Below are positions 40,849 to 52,852 of a stretch of 64,000 nt of DNA, one piece after another. The notes beneath the pieces are model-generated. The model was not told the origin of the DNA and made no database searches. It saw nothing but the letters and a program-made list of their open reading frames with translations. How positions within the stretch are numbered: the first letter of the stretch is position 1; every line of letters begins with the position of its first letter. Source of the DNA: Ruditapes philippinarum (Eukaryota); assembly GCF_026571515.1 (NCBI RefSeq), contig NW_026864078.1, forward strand, positions 124,001-188,000, given 5' to 3'. A program made the translations under genes and the position numbers.

Positions 40849-41534
40849 TACAGCCAATTAAAATGGTCGTTTCATCTTAAATAAAAGTTAATATCACAAC
40901 GGCCGTATATCACACTGGCCAAAGTGTCACAAGAGCGGCGGGTCAAACGCTGCAGTGGTGAATAAGGGGGACGTTTTATAATTGTTATTGTACCCCTTTT
41001 TGTATGGTCAGGTGTTTCTTTCATTTATCTTTAAAGATATACTTTGCTTAAATTTGATATTAGAAAATATTGATAATTGTTACACTGTCTCTTTGTAAAC
41101 ATAAAATAAACATGTTTTGACTTCACATTAGATAAACCTTGCTCACCATTGAATATTAAAATCACAGACATTTATTTAAATCTATGATATTCTAACTTAA
41201 TGCGTCTAACTTGAATAAAGAAATCAATAAACTTTGTACAGGAAGCTGCATTCCCTATAACAGGTCAAGTAATCTTTACTTAAAAAACTGACACTACATA
41301 TATTCAATGGTTAACACCTATATTGTGTAGAATTTTAAACATAACATATCAACTATCTGTGAAGTCAAAACATGTTTATTTTATCTTTACATGTACAAAG
41401 GGACTATGAAACAATTATCAATATTGTCTTAGCGTTTGACCCGCCGCTCTTGTGAAAGCTGTGGCCAGTGTGATATAAGGTCTTAGTGATATTAACTTTT
41501 GTTCAAGATGAAACGTCCATTTTCATTGGCTGAA

Positions 41535-42060
41535 ATAAGTCGTGGCCACAAGATAATAACTCGTGGCCACGAGATAATAAGTCGTGGCCTCAATATAGTA
41601 AGTTGTGGCCTCAATATAATAAGTCGTGGCCATGAGATAATAAGTCGTGGCCACAACATAATAACTCGTGGCCACAAGATAATATCTTGAGGCCACAAGA
41701 TAATAAGTCGTGGCCACGAGATAATAAGTCGTGGCCATGAGATAATATCTTGAGGCCACGAGATAATAAGTCGTGGCCTCAAGATAATTTGTCGTGGCCA
41801 CAAGATAATAAGTCGTGGCCACGAGATAATATCTTGAGGCCACAAGATAATAAGTCGTGGCCACGAGATAATAAGTCGTGGCCACGAGATAATATCTTGA
41901 GGCCACAAGATAATAACTTCTGGCCACGAGATAATAAGTCGTGGCCACGAGATAATATCTTGAGGCCACAAGATAATAAGTCGTGGCCACGAGATAATAA
42001 GTCGTGGCCACGAGATAATATCTTGAGGCCTCAAGATAATAAGTCGTGGCCACGAGATAA
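41535..42060 (-). repeat. 21-bp tandem array 3 (~25 units, inverted)
   Basis: Reverse complement of arrays 1 and 2. Confidence 0.95.
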
Positions 42061-42738
42061 AATAAAACTGCAAATGTCACCTCTATGCCACCGTAGACAT
42101 GTCCGTTACTGTCGCCGATCAATATGCAGTGCATGTAAACACATGTGCAAATTAAATAAAACAATTTAGTTCACTTTTTTAAGTGTAGTTAAGGAAAATG
42201 AACCTTACAGAAATAAATCATATATAGTTTCCAACAACTGTAAATTGTGAATTATCGTTTAAGCTTATAGAAAGTGTAGGTTAATGAAATTGGTTTTTGT
42301 ACGAAATGTTCGTTATTTAGTTTATACACGGCAGTATTAAACAGAAAAAACACATAAAATTTATCGTTTTGGTTATCATCATAGACATTAGTCTTATAAT
42401 AATTCATAATACTTCAATTCAAATAATGAACTTCAGTAATTTTGACAGTATAGAATGTAAAAGTTAACACTTTTTCTAAATTGACTTTTAATTGACATGT
42501 TCGTTACATTAAGTTTCTAAAATACCTTACCGTTTGTGAGACATTAACTTACCGTGAAATGAGTAATGCTGCTTGTAAGGTCAAATGAACATGTTTACGT
42601 CATATTCACTTGATATTACTGAAAGATTATCAAATAAAAAATCTTAATTTGAAATGTTCGTTGTTGACATGTTCGTGACTGAAATATCGATACTGCATGA
42701 TTTGACGGTTAGGGCGCAGTTTTTATATCTCTCCGTTT

Positions 42739-43419
42739 ATGACGTCATTAAACTTGATGACATCACTACCAATATGGCTACCAGAGAAGGTCAACTTCCA
42801 CGTTGTAAAAATTAAAAGGGGATCTTGCAAAACGACGGTGAGTTCATTTTCTTTAAGCCACAAATTTGTTTAAAATTTATTTTTTTAACATGTTTTTTTT
42901 TATAAATCATTTAACATTGGAGTGAAATTTGAATATATTGTGTATATTATTTGATGCCTTACATGGGTTCAAAATGTTGGGCATGACAAAAGAATGACAT
43001 GTTCGTTACTAAAAAGTAACGAACATGTCAGCTGCATTTGCGAGTCACTGTACCAGTCAAACTTATAACTAAGATGTTTTTCCAATTAAAGTATATTATT
43101 AATTCCTTATTTTCACCTTTTATCAATTTCTAAAGTTACCTTAAGCATGATTTCTTTAGAAATCGTATTTATTCTATTATACCTTTATTTTGTTTCATAC
43201 CCCTGTGCAACCAAAGAATAAATATTCTGTTCCTGTCTTAAGTTAGTTTAAGAAACATGTGAGGAAAATAAAGCTGACGGACAAATAGCTAAGCAGCGCA
43301 CAAACCCGTCTTCAAAACATTATTCTTTTTGCAGTGATACACTCATGAATATTGAGTAACGAACATGTCAATATAAGTAACGAACATTTCATCATTTGTT
43401 TTGTTCTTTTCTGTTATAG
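42739..43419 (+). promoter_or_regulatory. Predicted transposase promoter, non-coding first exon and 5'-UTR intron (42838-43419)
   Basis: ATGACGTCAT (CRE) at 42739 and CCAAT at 42769. Donor G|GTGAGT at 42838. Pyrimidine tract and TAG acceptor at 43419, two nt before ATG 43422. Confidence 0.5.
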
Positions 43420-43421
43420 GT

Positions 43422-45275
43422 ATGGTGAAATCAAGGGCAGAAATTCAAAAAGCATATCGTCAGAGGCTTAAAGAAAAGAACAACAATGAGTACCTTTCTA
43501 AAGAAAGAGAGAGAAGACGAAGAACTTATGTAGAAAACCAATTACTATCAGAAGAAAAACGAGCTGCGAGACAAAAAGTAATCGAATTCCTTGAAAGAGA
43601 TGAAAACTCAAGAAATATGCCTGGAAAAGGTGACTTCACAAAGTCAGAAACTGGAGAAAAAAAACAAACACGTGTGTTAACAGATTATTTATCATCACTT
43701 TATCATAAGTTTATGTCCGAAAATCCAGATGCCAAATTATCATTTACTTCTTTCACTAGAATCAGACCGGCAAGAATACGTCTAACATCTATGATCACTA
43801 GAGATACCTGTTTATGCACTAAACATCAAAACATGTCTCTAACACTTAGGTCACTGAAATCTGTGAATATTGAATGCTCAATCAACGGAGAAAAGATGAT
43901 AGATCAAAAGGAAAAGCTGATACAAGAAGCTGAGAAAGCATTGTCAAGTGATATAGTTGTTGGCCAATGGAAACGTGTTGAGACAGAGGTGAAAGGTCAA
44001 ATGAAAAGTGTAATGAAAGTCGTGAACATTACTATGAAACCAGATGAATTTATGTCTCACCTTAAAACCCAGATAGAAGATTTTGACCAACATGTTATAA
44101 GAATAAAGACCCAATACTCTGAAATGAAGAATCTTAAAGAGAACTTACCTGATAACCATTGTATAATACACATGGACTTTAGTGAAAACTATTCATGTAA
44201 GTCGGTTCAGGAGATACAATCGGCCTACTGGAACCAGACCGCCGTGACTCTTCATCCTGTGGTCGTGTACTATAGAAAAGATGGGTCTGATGAAATACAG
44301 CACAAGAGTTACGTCTTTATATCCGATGAGATGGGTCATAATGCCAATACAGTCCTTGCAATCACTGACAAACTTGTACCAACAATTAAAGATCTTATCC
44401 CAGGGGTAACATGGGTACATTATTGGACTGACAGTCCTACATCGCAGTATAGAAACAAGGTCATCTTCAACTTTATAGCAAACCACAAGGATATACATGG
44501 TATTCATGCAAGGTGGAATTATTGGGAAGCGGGGCATGGTAAGGGGCCATGCGAAGGTCTAGGTGGTAGAGTTAAGCGTATGGCAGACGAGGCGGTTAAC
44601 TCTGGCAAAGTGGGCATTCAAGATCCCTTTGATTTTTATGCCTGGTCACAATCATCAAACTGTTCCATGAAGAATGTTAGCTTTGTGTTTGTGTCTTCAG
44701 AAGAATGTGAGAAGAAAGCTGTAGAAACAGGTAAACTGCATCTCAAACCTATAACTGGGACAATGAAAATACACTCAGTACTGGGAAAAGGCAACAATAG
44801 CGTCTCAGTTCGAAACACTAGTTGCTACTGTAAAATATGTGTATCTGATGATTGTGAAACATGCGGTACTTGGAGAGACGAAACACTTGTCCCAAAGTCT
44901 TCAAAACCTTCAAACACAGATAAAATATCAAATATCCAAGTTGAAACTGTTAAACACATTTCTGTCCCTAAACCCAATACTGATCCAAAAGAAACCTATC
45001 ATGTTGACGACTACGTTGCAGCTTCTTACTTAGGTCACTGGTACATTGGCAAGATCATGAATTGTGATGATGAGGACAACACATTCGAAATAACTTTCTT
45101 ACAAAAACGCAAACGGATGTTTCAGTGGCCGACAAGACCTGATGAAATCTGGGTGAATTACGAGGACATTTTGTGCAAGGTTTCAACACCTTTGGCAAGC
45201 GGCGGGTCAAAACGCATATTAGTGTTACGAGATGGTGACTTTGAGAGAGTTGAACAAGTGTTTGATCAAGTATAA
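43422..45275 (+). CDS. Putative DDD/E (RNase H fold) transposase, 617 aa, with Cys cluster and Tudor/SH3-like C-terminal domain
   Basis: Uninterrupted ORF inside TIRs. Motifs TCLCTKHQN, HMDFSENY, EIQSAYW, TLHP, ISD...H, WTDSPTSQYRN, AGHGKGPCEGLGGRVKR, SCYCKIC...CETC, DYVAASYLGHWYIGKI...FQWP..PDEIWV. AATAAA at 45431. Confidence 0.85.
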   Translation: MVKSRAEIQKAYRQRLKEKNNNEYLSKERERRRRTYVENQLLSEEKRAARQKVIEFLERDENSRNMPGKGDFTKSETGEKKQTRVLTDYLSSLYHKFMSENPDAKLSFTSFTRIRPARIRLTSMITRDTCLCTKHQNMSLTLRSLKSVNIECSINGEKMIDQKEKLIQEAEKALSSDIVVGQWKRVETEVKGQMKSVMKVVNITMKPDEFMSHLKTQIEDFDQHVIRIKTQYSEMKNLKENLPDNHCIIHMDFSENYSCKSVQEIQSAYWNQTAVTLHPVVVYYRKDGSDEIQHKSYVFISDEMGHNANTVLAITDKLVPTIKDLIPGVTWVHYWTDSPTSQYRNKVIFNFIANHKDIHGIHARWNYWEAGHGKGPCEGLGGRVKRMADEAVNSGKVGIQDPFDFYAWSQSSNCSMKNVSFVFVSSEECEKKAVETGKLHLKPITGTMKIHSVLGKGNNSVSVRNTSCYCKICVSDDCETCGTWRDETLVPKSSKPSNTDKISNIQVETVKHISVPKPNTDPKETYHVDDYVAASYLGHWYIGKIMNCDDEDNTFEITFLQKRKRMFQWPTRPDEIWVNYEDILCKVSTPLASGGSKRILVLRDGDFERVEQVFDQV

Positions 45276-48200
45276 CTAGTAATGATTCATAAAGACATGT
45301 CCGTTACCAGCATCTTCGTTGAGGTGGATGTTGATATTGTTTTCATCTTTTTTTATAGTTTATTGTTCATATATAATACAAATTGCATTTGATGATTACT
45401 TCTGGCGTCATATAAACATGTATTTAGTTGAATAAAGTAAAAATGACATTTACGTAACGGACATTTCAAAAACACTGCATGTAGCAAAAACGACTTTACA
45501 TGTGATTTAACTAAAAAATCCGTTTAAACAAAACAAAGTTACCACAAGCAAAACTCAGAGACGCAAATACAATACATGTTTAGTTAAAAAACAAAAAAAA
45601 ATGTTTATTGTTAAGGTGTATGTGTTCTTTCCAAGTTTGTTTTCCAGTTTTTTCCAAGTTCATTTCTCGCTGACGCTAACATAATATCATTTTTATGTGT
45701 GTTTCGCGTTTAACACTTGTTATGATGTTAAAATAGTTGCTAAGATTTAAATACCTGCATGTTCACAACAGATAATTGTTGTTTTGATTTGGTTATACTA
45801 TAAGTAACGAACATTTCATATATCATTCTGTTTGTATTTTTGATACAATTCCTGTGAAATAACTACATATGGTCAATACTTTGGTTACAATTAATCCTTA
45901 AAAGGTTCAGGTGTAAGATTTAAATAGAAGAATAAACAAGGAACAGACTGAAAAGTTTTTATAATCTTTTTTATTATAATAGATCACATTTTTTACTTAA
46001 ACGACATTATATACAGTTTAACCAAGCACTTAACAATTAAATATTGTTATTTAGTACAACTGTTTTTCTAAATTTTCTAAAGAATAACACTTTGTTTCTT
46101 GTAGTGAAAATATTTAAATGTGTTTTTTACGAACCATTTATTGTTAGTGACCATTTAAAGTTATTGTAACGAACATTTCATGTCAAATTTTGTACATCAC
46201 ACATCTCCTTCTTCAAATGAGGAAATGGCAACAATAACTTATGTTATGTTCAACATTTTCCAGAAAGTTGTTGTTTAAAGGTTATATTTTTCGATTAAAA
46301 TGCTAAATAAAGCATTCTAAAACACTGATTGTCTTGTTTTTGGTACTTCCTTGATGCACCTGCTTATTGAAAATGAGTGAATATGTCAACCTTTTTGACT
46401 GCATCGTACTTTGAAGTAACTGTTGCGCTATTCATCGAGCATCAAAACAAAAATCATCTAACTTAATGAACCCTTGCGATTAAATTTTTTTAATTAATTT
46501 ATTAATTTTTTGTGCAAATGTGCAACTGAATCTATATACAGACATATCAATTGTTAGATATCACGTTAGACCTTCCAATAGAATGGATGGTGGAGAAAGT
46601 ATTCTAAAAAATGAAATGTTCAAAATAAATTGTCTGTCGAATTGTCTGTTGAAAAAGTTTCTTTCAGACAATAAATTAACTTGCAGACATTCACAAATAG
46701 ATTTACGACAATAATATAAAGTTTACGTCTGGAAAAGGAATATGAAATTGAGATTTAGAAATGTGTATTGAATGTCTGAATCAAAATGTTAAAATGTTAA
46801 AACTGATTAGATTTAAATCTAAATAAGTTAAGTTAACCTAATTTTATTTTTCTGTTAGATGTTATTGACTCGTAAATAAGTGTAAATTTCAAGCAACAAT
46901 GATATAAAAGACTTATAAACTTTGTTTAAATTAGCATGATCTTATCTTCTGTAAAATTTAAATTTGACACGTATTCAATAATATCTTTAAACTAACAAAA
47001 CTGACTCAATAAAGAGGAAAATCAACATGAATGTTCTTTCAATAGAATTATCACCGTTGTCAAATACAATGTACATTTGTAATGTTGTTGTACTTTTTAA
47101 AATTGGCATTTAGTCAAAGCTGATCTAAAGAGAATTCATACGCCAATTGTCGTCTATACGAAATTAGAACATATAAAAAGCAAATGTCAGTAATTTTATA
47201 GATTGTACTGGTAATTTAGAATGTTATCAATTCATTTAGTCACAAATAGATGTAATTGTTACAGTAGTACCATTTATAGTTCGTTAATAACCTTAGATTT
47301 CTTTGGTTACTTTCGCATTATTGAGGGCAGACAAATGCATTTATATTTAAACTCGGATGGCACTAAAACTGTGCGTTCTGGATACGGACTATTTGACGTT
47401 TTAACTTATTAATAATATGATTTTATGGCTTATATTTCCATTTTTGTCAACAAATACATTAATCAACTTGTTACACAAGGATATGATGTTTGGTTGACAA
47501 CCTATGTTAACTATATGTTCTAACCTTTATGTAGGCTAAGCGAAAAGATTTTTTGTTTTAGAAATATCAAGTATTTATCTTATAAATATGTTCATATCAT
47601 GGATGGAAAGTAACATAGTCACCATTAGATTGTTGGTTTATTTCAATGCGTTTAATCTTTGACTTTCTGTTGAAAAATGGTCTATGTGACGCTTAAAGTT
47701 TCTAAGACACACTATTTACCAAAATATCGTTTATTGCTCATCAAGTAGTGGCAAAAACAAAGCAGAAATGACCGAACCAGATATATAAACTACAAAAACA
47801 TTTTATACATAAGTAATGGCTGAAAACAAATGTTTTTTTTTCTTTCTTTTTCTTAGCAATTTTAGAAGTTTTTGATGTCAGCTAGGACAGAAAAATAAAA
47901 AAGACAATAATGATATTTATTCTAGTCTAAGAGACAAAACATACAATCATTCATTCAAGTTCTATGCAACTAAAAAAACAACAAGTTAAAGTGTCAAGAG
48001 AAAAAAATGAAACGGTCAGAAAAAAAACTACTCAGAAGATATTAAATGCCGTTTCAATGTGATTTGCTGCAAAAACAAAACCATTACAATAAAAGTGTAT
48101 TGTCTATATCTTGAAGGGCATTCTCATGATTTGTCGTCCTTGGCATTTCAAGAATTTGTCAAGAATGTCACTCTCGCTTAAGATGAGAAATTGATAGAAA

Positions 48201-48764
48201 GAAGTACCTACAAGTAATGAATGCATGTAACAATTTTTGCTATTCCATCATATGACATGTAATGATATTTCTAAAATGCCATCTCAGAAATTATACTATT
48301 GTAATCGTAGTAGTCTAGCCATTTATAACTTATGTGTCTGCACGTTTTTAGAGCTTTTGCTGTCAACTCTGATAGTCTGAATACAGATCACTATCACCTA
48401 AAGATACATGCTGTTAATATTAGTATCATTGTATTTTTTCCTCCATGACCTATTATAGAATTTATTAACAGTAAAGTAAAGAGTAAATATTTAGTAAAAG
48501 AAAAGTTTAAAAACTTGTTTCGATTGATTAGTTTGTCAGGATTGTTTTATTATTTGTAACTGACAGGTAGTTACATTTATGACAATAATATAAAGTTTTC
48601 ATCAAGAACAGTAATTTCAAATTCAGATTGAGATATTTGTAACAAACCTAACAATTCAAATCCTAACAGTTATCGCATATTGTTTCTCCTTTGATTTAAT
48701 TAAATATAGCTTAATTTTGCTGTTTTGTTCGACATTATTAAACTTATTACTGAACATGTCAAGC

Positions 48765-48852
48765 AACCAGGGTGGTGTACTTGAACATACAGCGACGAGA
48801 AGCGACAAGTTGGATGTCAAGGACCCTAACTACTGGGCCGCAGACGGCACTA
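48765..48852 (-). mobile_element. Degenerate tRNA-like SINE head
   Basis: Minus strand gcggcccagtagttaggg (A-box-like) and tgttcaagtac (B-box-like). Confidence 0.4.
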
Positions 48853-51187
48853 AACACTTTTTGCTATAAAATTAATTTCTCAAAGATTTTACAAAACCAA
48901 AATTCTGTTAAGATATATGAATGACGATGTATGAATTTAATGTGTTATTTTTTTATTTTGTACTTCTCAGTAATGATTCTAAGCAATGTATTTCCTGTGG
49001 AAAGGTCAAATGGTAATTGCTGTATTATTAAATAGTAAGTAAATATTGAATTAGAATAAACGCCAAGATTTCTCTAATAGATTGTGCTTTAACTATATTC
49101 TGATTCAAAGTATATATTAATTATCATATATCATTGATATCTATTCAATGATCTTAAGCAAGGTAGAATGGACCCGGATAACGATAAGGATAGTTAATTC
49201 TAAGTATAGTGTATTGCTATGATTTGAAGTTAAAATTAGACAACGATAATGCTACATCTTACGCAAGGACATGGTGTGTGGGTTGACTATTATATACCAG
49301 AATGTAGACAACTTATTAAATCAGCATGCTCTGATAACTTACTGTCAAAGAGACTACTTTGAGAAAGAACACCCCATTATTTACAGACAGATAATACGTA
49401 TCATTGGTTTATGATACATCATCGTTACCATTAGCCTTTTCATACATTTCATGTGTATACGTAACATTTGAACTCGAACTTCTTTTTATGATCTTGAAGG
49501 GTCTATGTTACGTATAAAGTCGTATCACATATTACTTAACACTATATTTAGATTTTTTATTGCTCGTCAGGTATATGGCACAAATCCTACAGAATTACCT
49601 GAAAAAAAAGATATATTAACCTTTAAAACATCTGGATAAAACGGTAATGCTTAAAAACATCAGTGTTCTTTTACTGAGAAATATGAGACTCCTATGATGT
49701 CACTTAGGGCAGAAAAATAAAAATGTAACACATGTATTTCAGCAGAAGTTAAATACTTAAATCAGTATGAATGGAAAAACAAAAAGTCAATCTATATAAA
49801 TTTATTGTCTAGATCTTTAATGTCATTCTTATAATAATCGTCCATGACATTTATAATATTTGTCCGCGAAGACACTCTTTCTTTGACATTAATGTAAGAA
49901 ACATTTTCCCAGCATATGGAATGTTAAACATTAAATGCTCTCTGTAATTCTTATTTGCATTTGCAACAGAGCTTTTATCGTTATTGAAGTCGTATATATT
50001 ATTTTTTCTGTACTTTTTTACAAGATATTGTAAAATTTTGTTGTCAACACTAAAAGTTTGAATTTTTATCACTATCAGCCGAAGATACATGTATTAACTT
50101 GTACAATCATTCTTATACTTTCGCTTTTCGTTGATATTAGATAAAATATAATATACTTGTAAAATAATTGCATGCATGCCTCTTGATAATAATGACATTA
50201 GGTCACTGACTTTGTATGATGAACGTTAAAATATTTATATGCAACATCAATTTCTTCACACAAATTTTAACTGTAAAACTAATGAGCTTAAATAGATAAT
50301 TATCTGCCATGGTCAAATAACGGTTGTATTGTTTTGTAGATAACAATACTTACTTATCTAAACGTTGTTATCTGTTTAGTACCAATTCAATTTTGTAAAT
50401 TACTTTCTTAAAATCATTAAAACCATTAAAAGTATTTTGGCGAAATAATTTTAATCGGCTGTATTAATCTTGAATACACGTTCAGTTTACAACTCAGTAA
50501 CTGAATTTGTTGCTTTGTTTTCTTTGCAAGACTATCCAGTCGTTAACAAGCCTGAATTGTCATGAATTCTAATAGACAAACATCGACATACGCAATTTCA
50601 ATTATTAACATCATTCCTGTTTATTGACCAAACATTCCATAATAATATTCAAAACACAGTTTTGATAATTATCGCCGAATAATCTTTGTCTATCCTAGTC
50701 GCATAAGTTTAATCTGATGTCATTAGCAGGCTTATGGTTATTAAATAATTTTTAACAAAAAGAATGCATTTTGGACGAATGCATTCTCATGGGTATTTTG
50801 TTATTTACATTATGATGTTTATAAATGTTAATCTTTCGTACACATGTTACACCTTGTGATAAGATTATTGTTTATTTTTTTTTTCTTTCTCGTGTGTCAT
50901 GTATTACTAGAACTGTCAAATAAGTAAAATATATAAGGGCTTTGGACTTCTCTTCATCTGGTCTTATAGTAGCATGTATATTTTACATCTTAAACTGTAT
51001 CCTTCTTCACGGTTTTATTGCAAATGATGTGAAAGCGATTTGCCATCTTGTACCTATTGATTCTGATAAATGATATACCTATTCATTTGCTAACTTGTGA
51101 CAATTCCAATGTATTTGAAAGATGCATAATTAATTTTAAAAGATATATGATATTAGTTCAGAATTACCTAGATAATTGACATGGAAA

Positions 51188-51420
51188 TTGTTTGTTTGTT
51201 GGATAGCGTTTTACGGCAACCCGACACAGCGACTTTCCAGCTTTATTGGTTGAGAGACCTCATGTGCCCTTTTGTGCATTATTTCATGCAAGAACGGGCG
51301 CCTAAGTAGAATCATCGACATATCGTAAGCCAACTTGATAGCTTCCTCAAATGAACGAATTCAAAGTGCATGTCTGGATTAGAACTAATAGCAGTTAGGG
51401 GACAGAGGGGCAAGCGGTTA
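51188..51420 (-). mobile_element. tRNA-derived SINE, near full length, degenerate
   Basis: (TTTG)n tail, gcgactttccagcttta, gtgcattatttc, cgtaagccaacttgatagcttcctc, gaggggcaag. Confidence 0.7.
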
Positions 51421-51623
51421 CATGAAAATTGAATAAATAAATGGTTTAAGTCAAGGTTGCAAAATAATGTTTGATTTAACAACAGAAAGTCGTAAGAATG
51501 AATAAACTAGTCTGTCCTGCCTTGCCCAAAGGCAAACGTTAATGATTTTATCTGCTTTTCATAGGAGCAATTAATAATTCCATCGGACAGTTATTGCGTC
51601 ATGAGTGATCTTGCATGAAATTG

Positions 51624-51880
51624 TTAGACACAGACTATACAATTTTGAATATATTAATTCCGCTGTGATCAATAAGACAGACACTTCAGACAGACATATC
51701 AGCTGAAAGCTTGACGTAAATATGAACTGCTTGAATTCCGGAATAACAAGACCTGATTATTAATTACATTTTATCATACTCGTGAATTATATGATAATTT
51801 GCTGCATGATAACGCAGCGTATGCATCACGTCCAAAGAGAAAAAATAAAGAAAATTATGTAAGAGGTTTGAGGTGCTTTC
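51624..51880 (+). repeat. ~250-bp segment duplicated, diverged, at ~56288-56520
   Basis: agacacagac.atacaatttt, cagacagaca.atcagctgaaag.ttgacgt.aata and tatatgat.atttgctgcatg occur at both loci. Confidence 0.75.
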
Positions 51881-52852
51881 CAAGATGTGTTCGGCAATTC
51901 ATTTGTCTTTGCCTTTCATATAAAAGTAATGATTCTCAAACCAACAATTTCAGATTTGAATATTTAATTCTGCTTGCCGGTGCAAGTAGGTGTCGACTGC
52001 AGCTTGTAATTACCACTACCAACCATAAACAAGCTAAATCAAACCGAGCCAGGATCATTTTCAGTTTTGCTATTTTTGCACTTTCTTTTGGGAAATCTTA
52101 TTTTCTCTTTTTCTATTTGAATGTACCTAACTTAGACAAATTTGTTGAAATATTCTTTGTCTTTTAATACTTTGGAGTGACTTTAGTGATAATCCTCTTT
52201 GTCTGTAGAATTCGCTTACGTTTACCTTCACTGAAACATTGACATTCTCAACAGAGAAACTACAAATGATATAAAAATATTTATTACGGGTTCAAATCAC
52301 ATTTCAGTTTGAATCTCAATATATTCTATTTTTATACAAATAAACTAAGTAAACTCAGTTTTAGTTCATGTGACGCATATAACATTTATCTGTCTCATAA
52401 GTTACTGAAAATGACAAGCTGCCATGAACTTTATTGTACTTTCTATATATAACTGGGTAAATAAGAACTTGTACTTGTAAAGATTAAACAACCAGAGACA
52501 AGGTATCCTTCTGAAACAAAACGTATGAGAATGATACACGTAGATGTATTAAGAGTGATAAAGTTCTCAATTGCAAGAAAATAAAAAAACATGCTTTTGT
52601 CCATGTATATGTTTAAATGTCCAATGATGAAGTGTATAACTCAATATATCGGATTCGTGTAGTTTGTGAAATTTCTGTTGAACTTGAAAAATAATATAAG
52701 ATAAGATACAAAAGAAATGAATACATGATAAACGACTTTATGTCCTCAAGTTGTATTTGGTTTAAATGAGATTGATCGACTTTGCATGCAAGTAAAACAA
52801 CGCAATGTTTAATAACGTTTAAATTTTATTGGTGTGCTTTAATGTGCATACA

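Larger units (their letters stand above)
39552..42095. mobile_element. Non-autonomous foldback element with TACGG...CCGTA termini and 6-bp TSD (IS3EU-like), composite with two left arms
   Basis: TSD GACATG at 39546-39551 and 42096-42101. Arms start TACGGTGGCATAGAGGTGACATTTGCAG at 39566 and 40391, with an inverted copy ending at 42095. The IS3EU label comes from recalled terminus and TSD rules. Confidence 0.85.
39365..46379 (+). mobile_element. Autonomous-type TIR DNA transposon (~4.47 kb without its insert); CAC termini, AA flanks; superfamily uncertain (Sola2-like protein, CACTA/EnSpm-like ends)
   Basis: TIR CACTCATTTTCAATAAGCAGGTACAT (39365-39390) vs ATGCACCTGCTTATTGAAAATGAGTG (46354-46379), 25/26 match. 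AA on both sides. Encloses the transposase-like ORF and 12 copies of GAMATGTYCGTTAC. Confidence 0.9.

Noticed and set aside
39507-42169. Many overlapping ORFs (WPRLIIS/WPRDNKS/LVATTYY repeats) and a CRISPR-like look
   Set aside because: The 21-bp unit is a multiple of three and stop-free in several frames, so the ORFs are artefacts. There are no unique spacers and no cas genes; the arrays are arms of a TIR element.
45198-45215. 14-nt match AGCGGCGGGTCAAA between the transposase ORF and the foldback element (40934 and inverted at ~41435)
   Set aside because: Single short match with no extension; compatible with chance.
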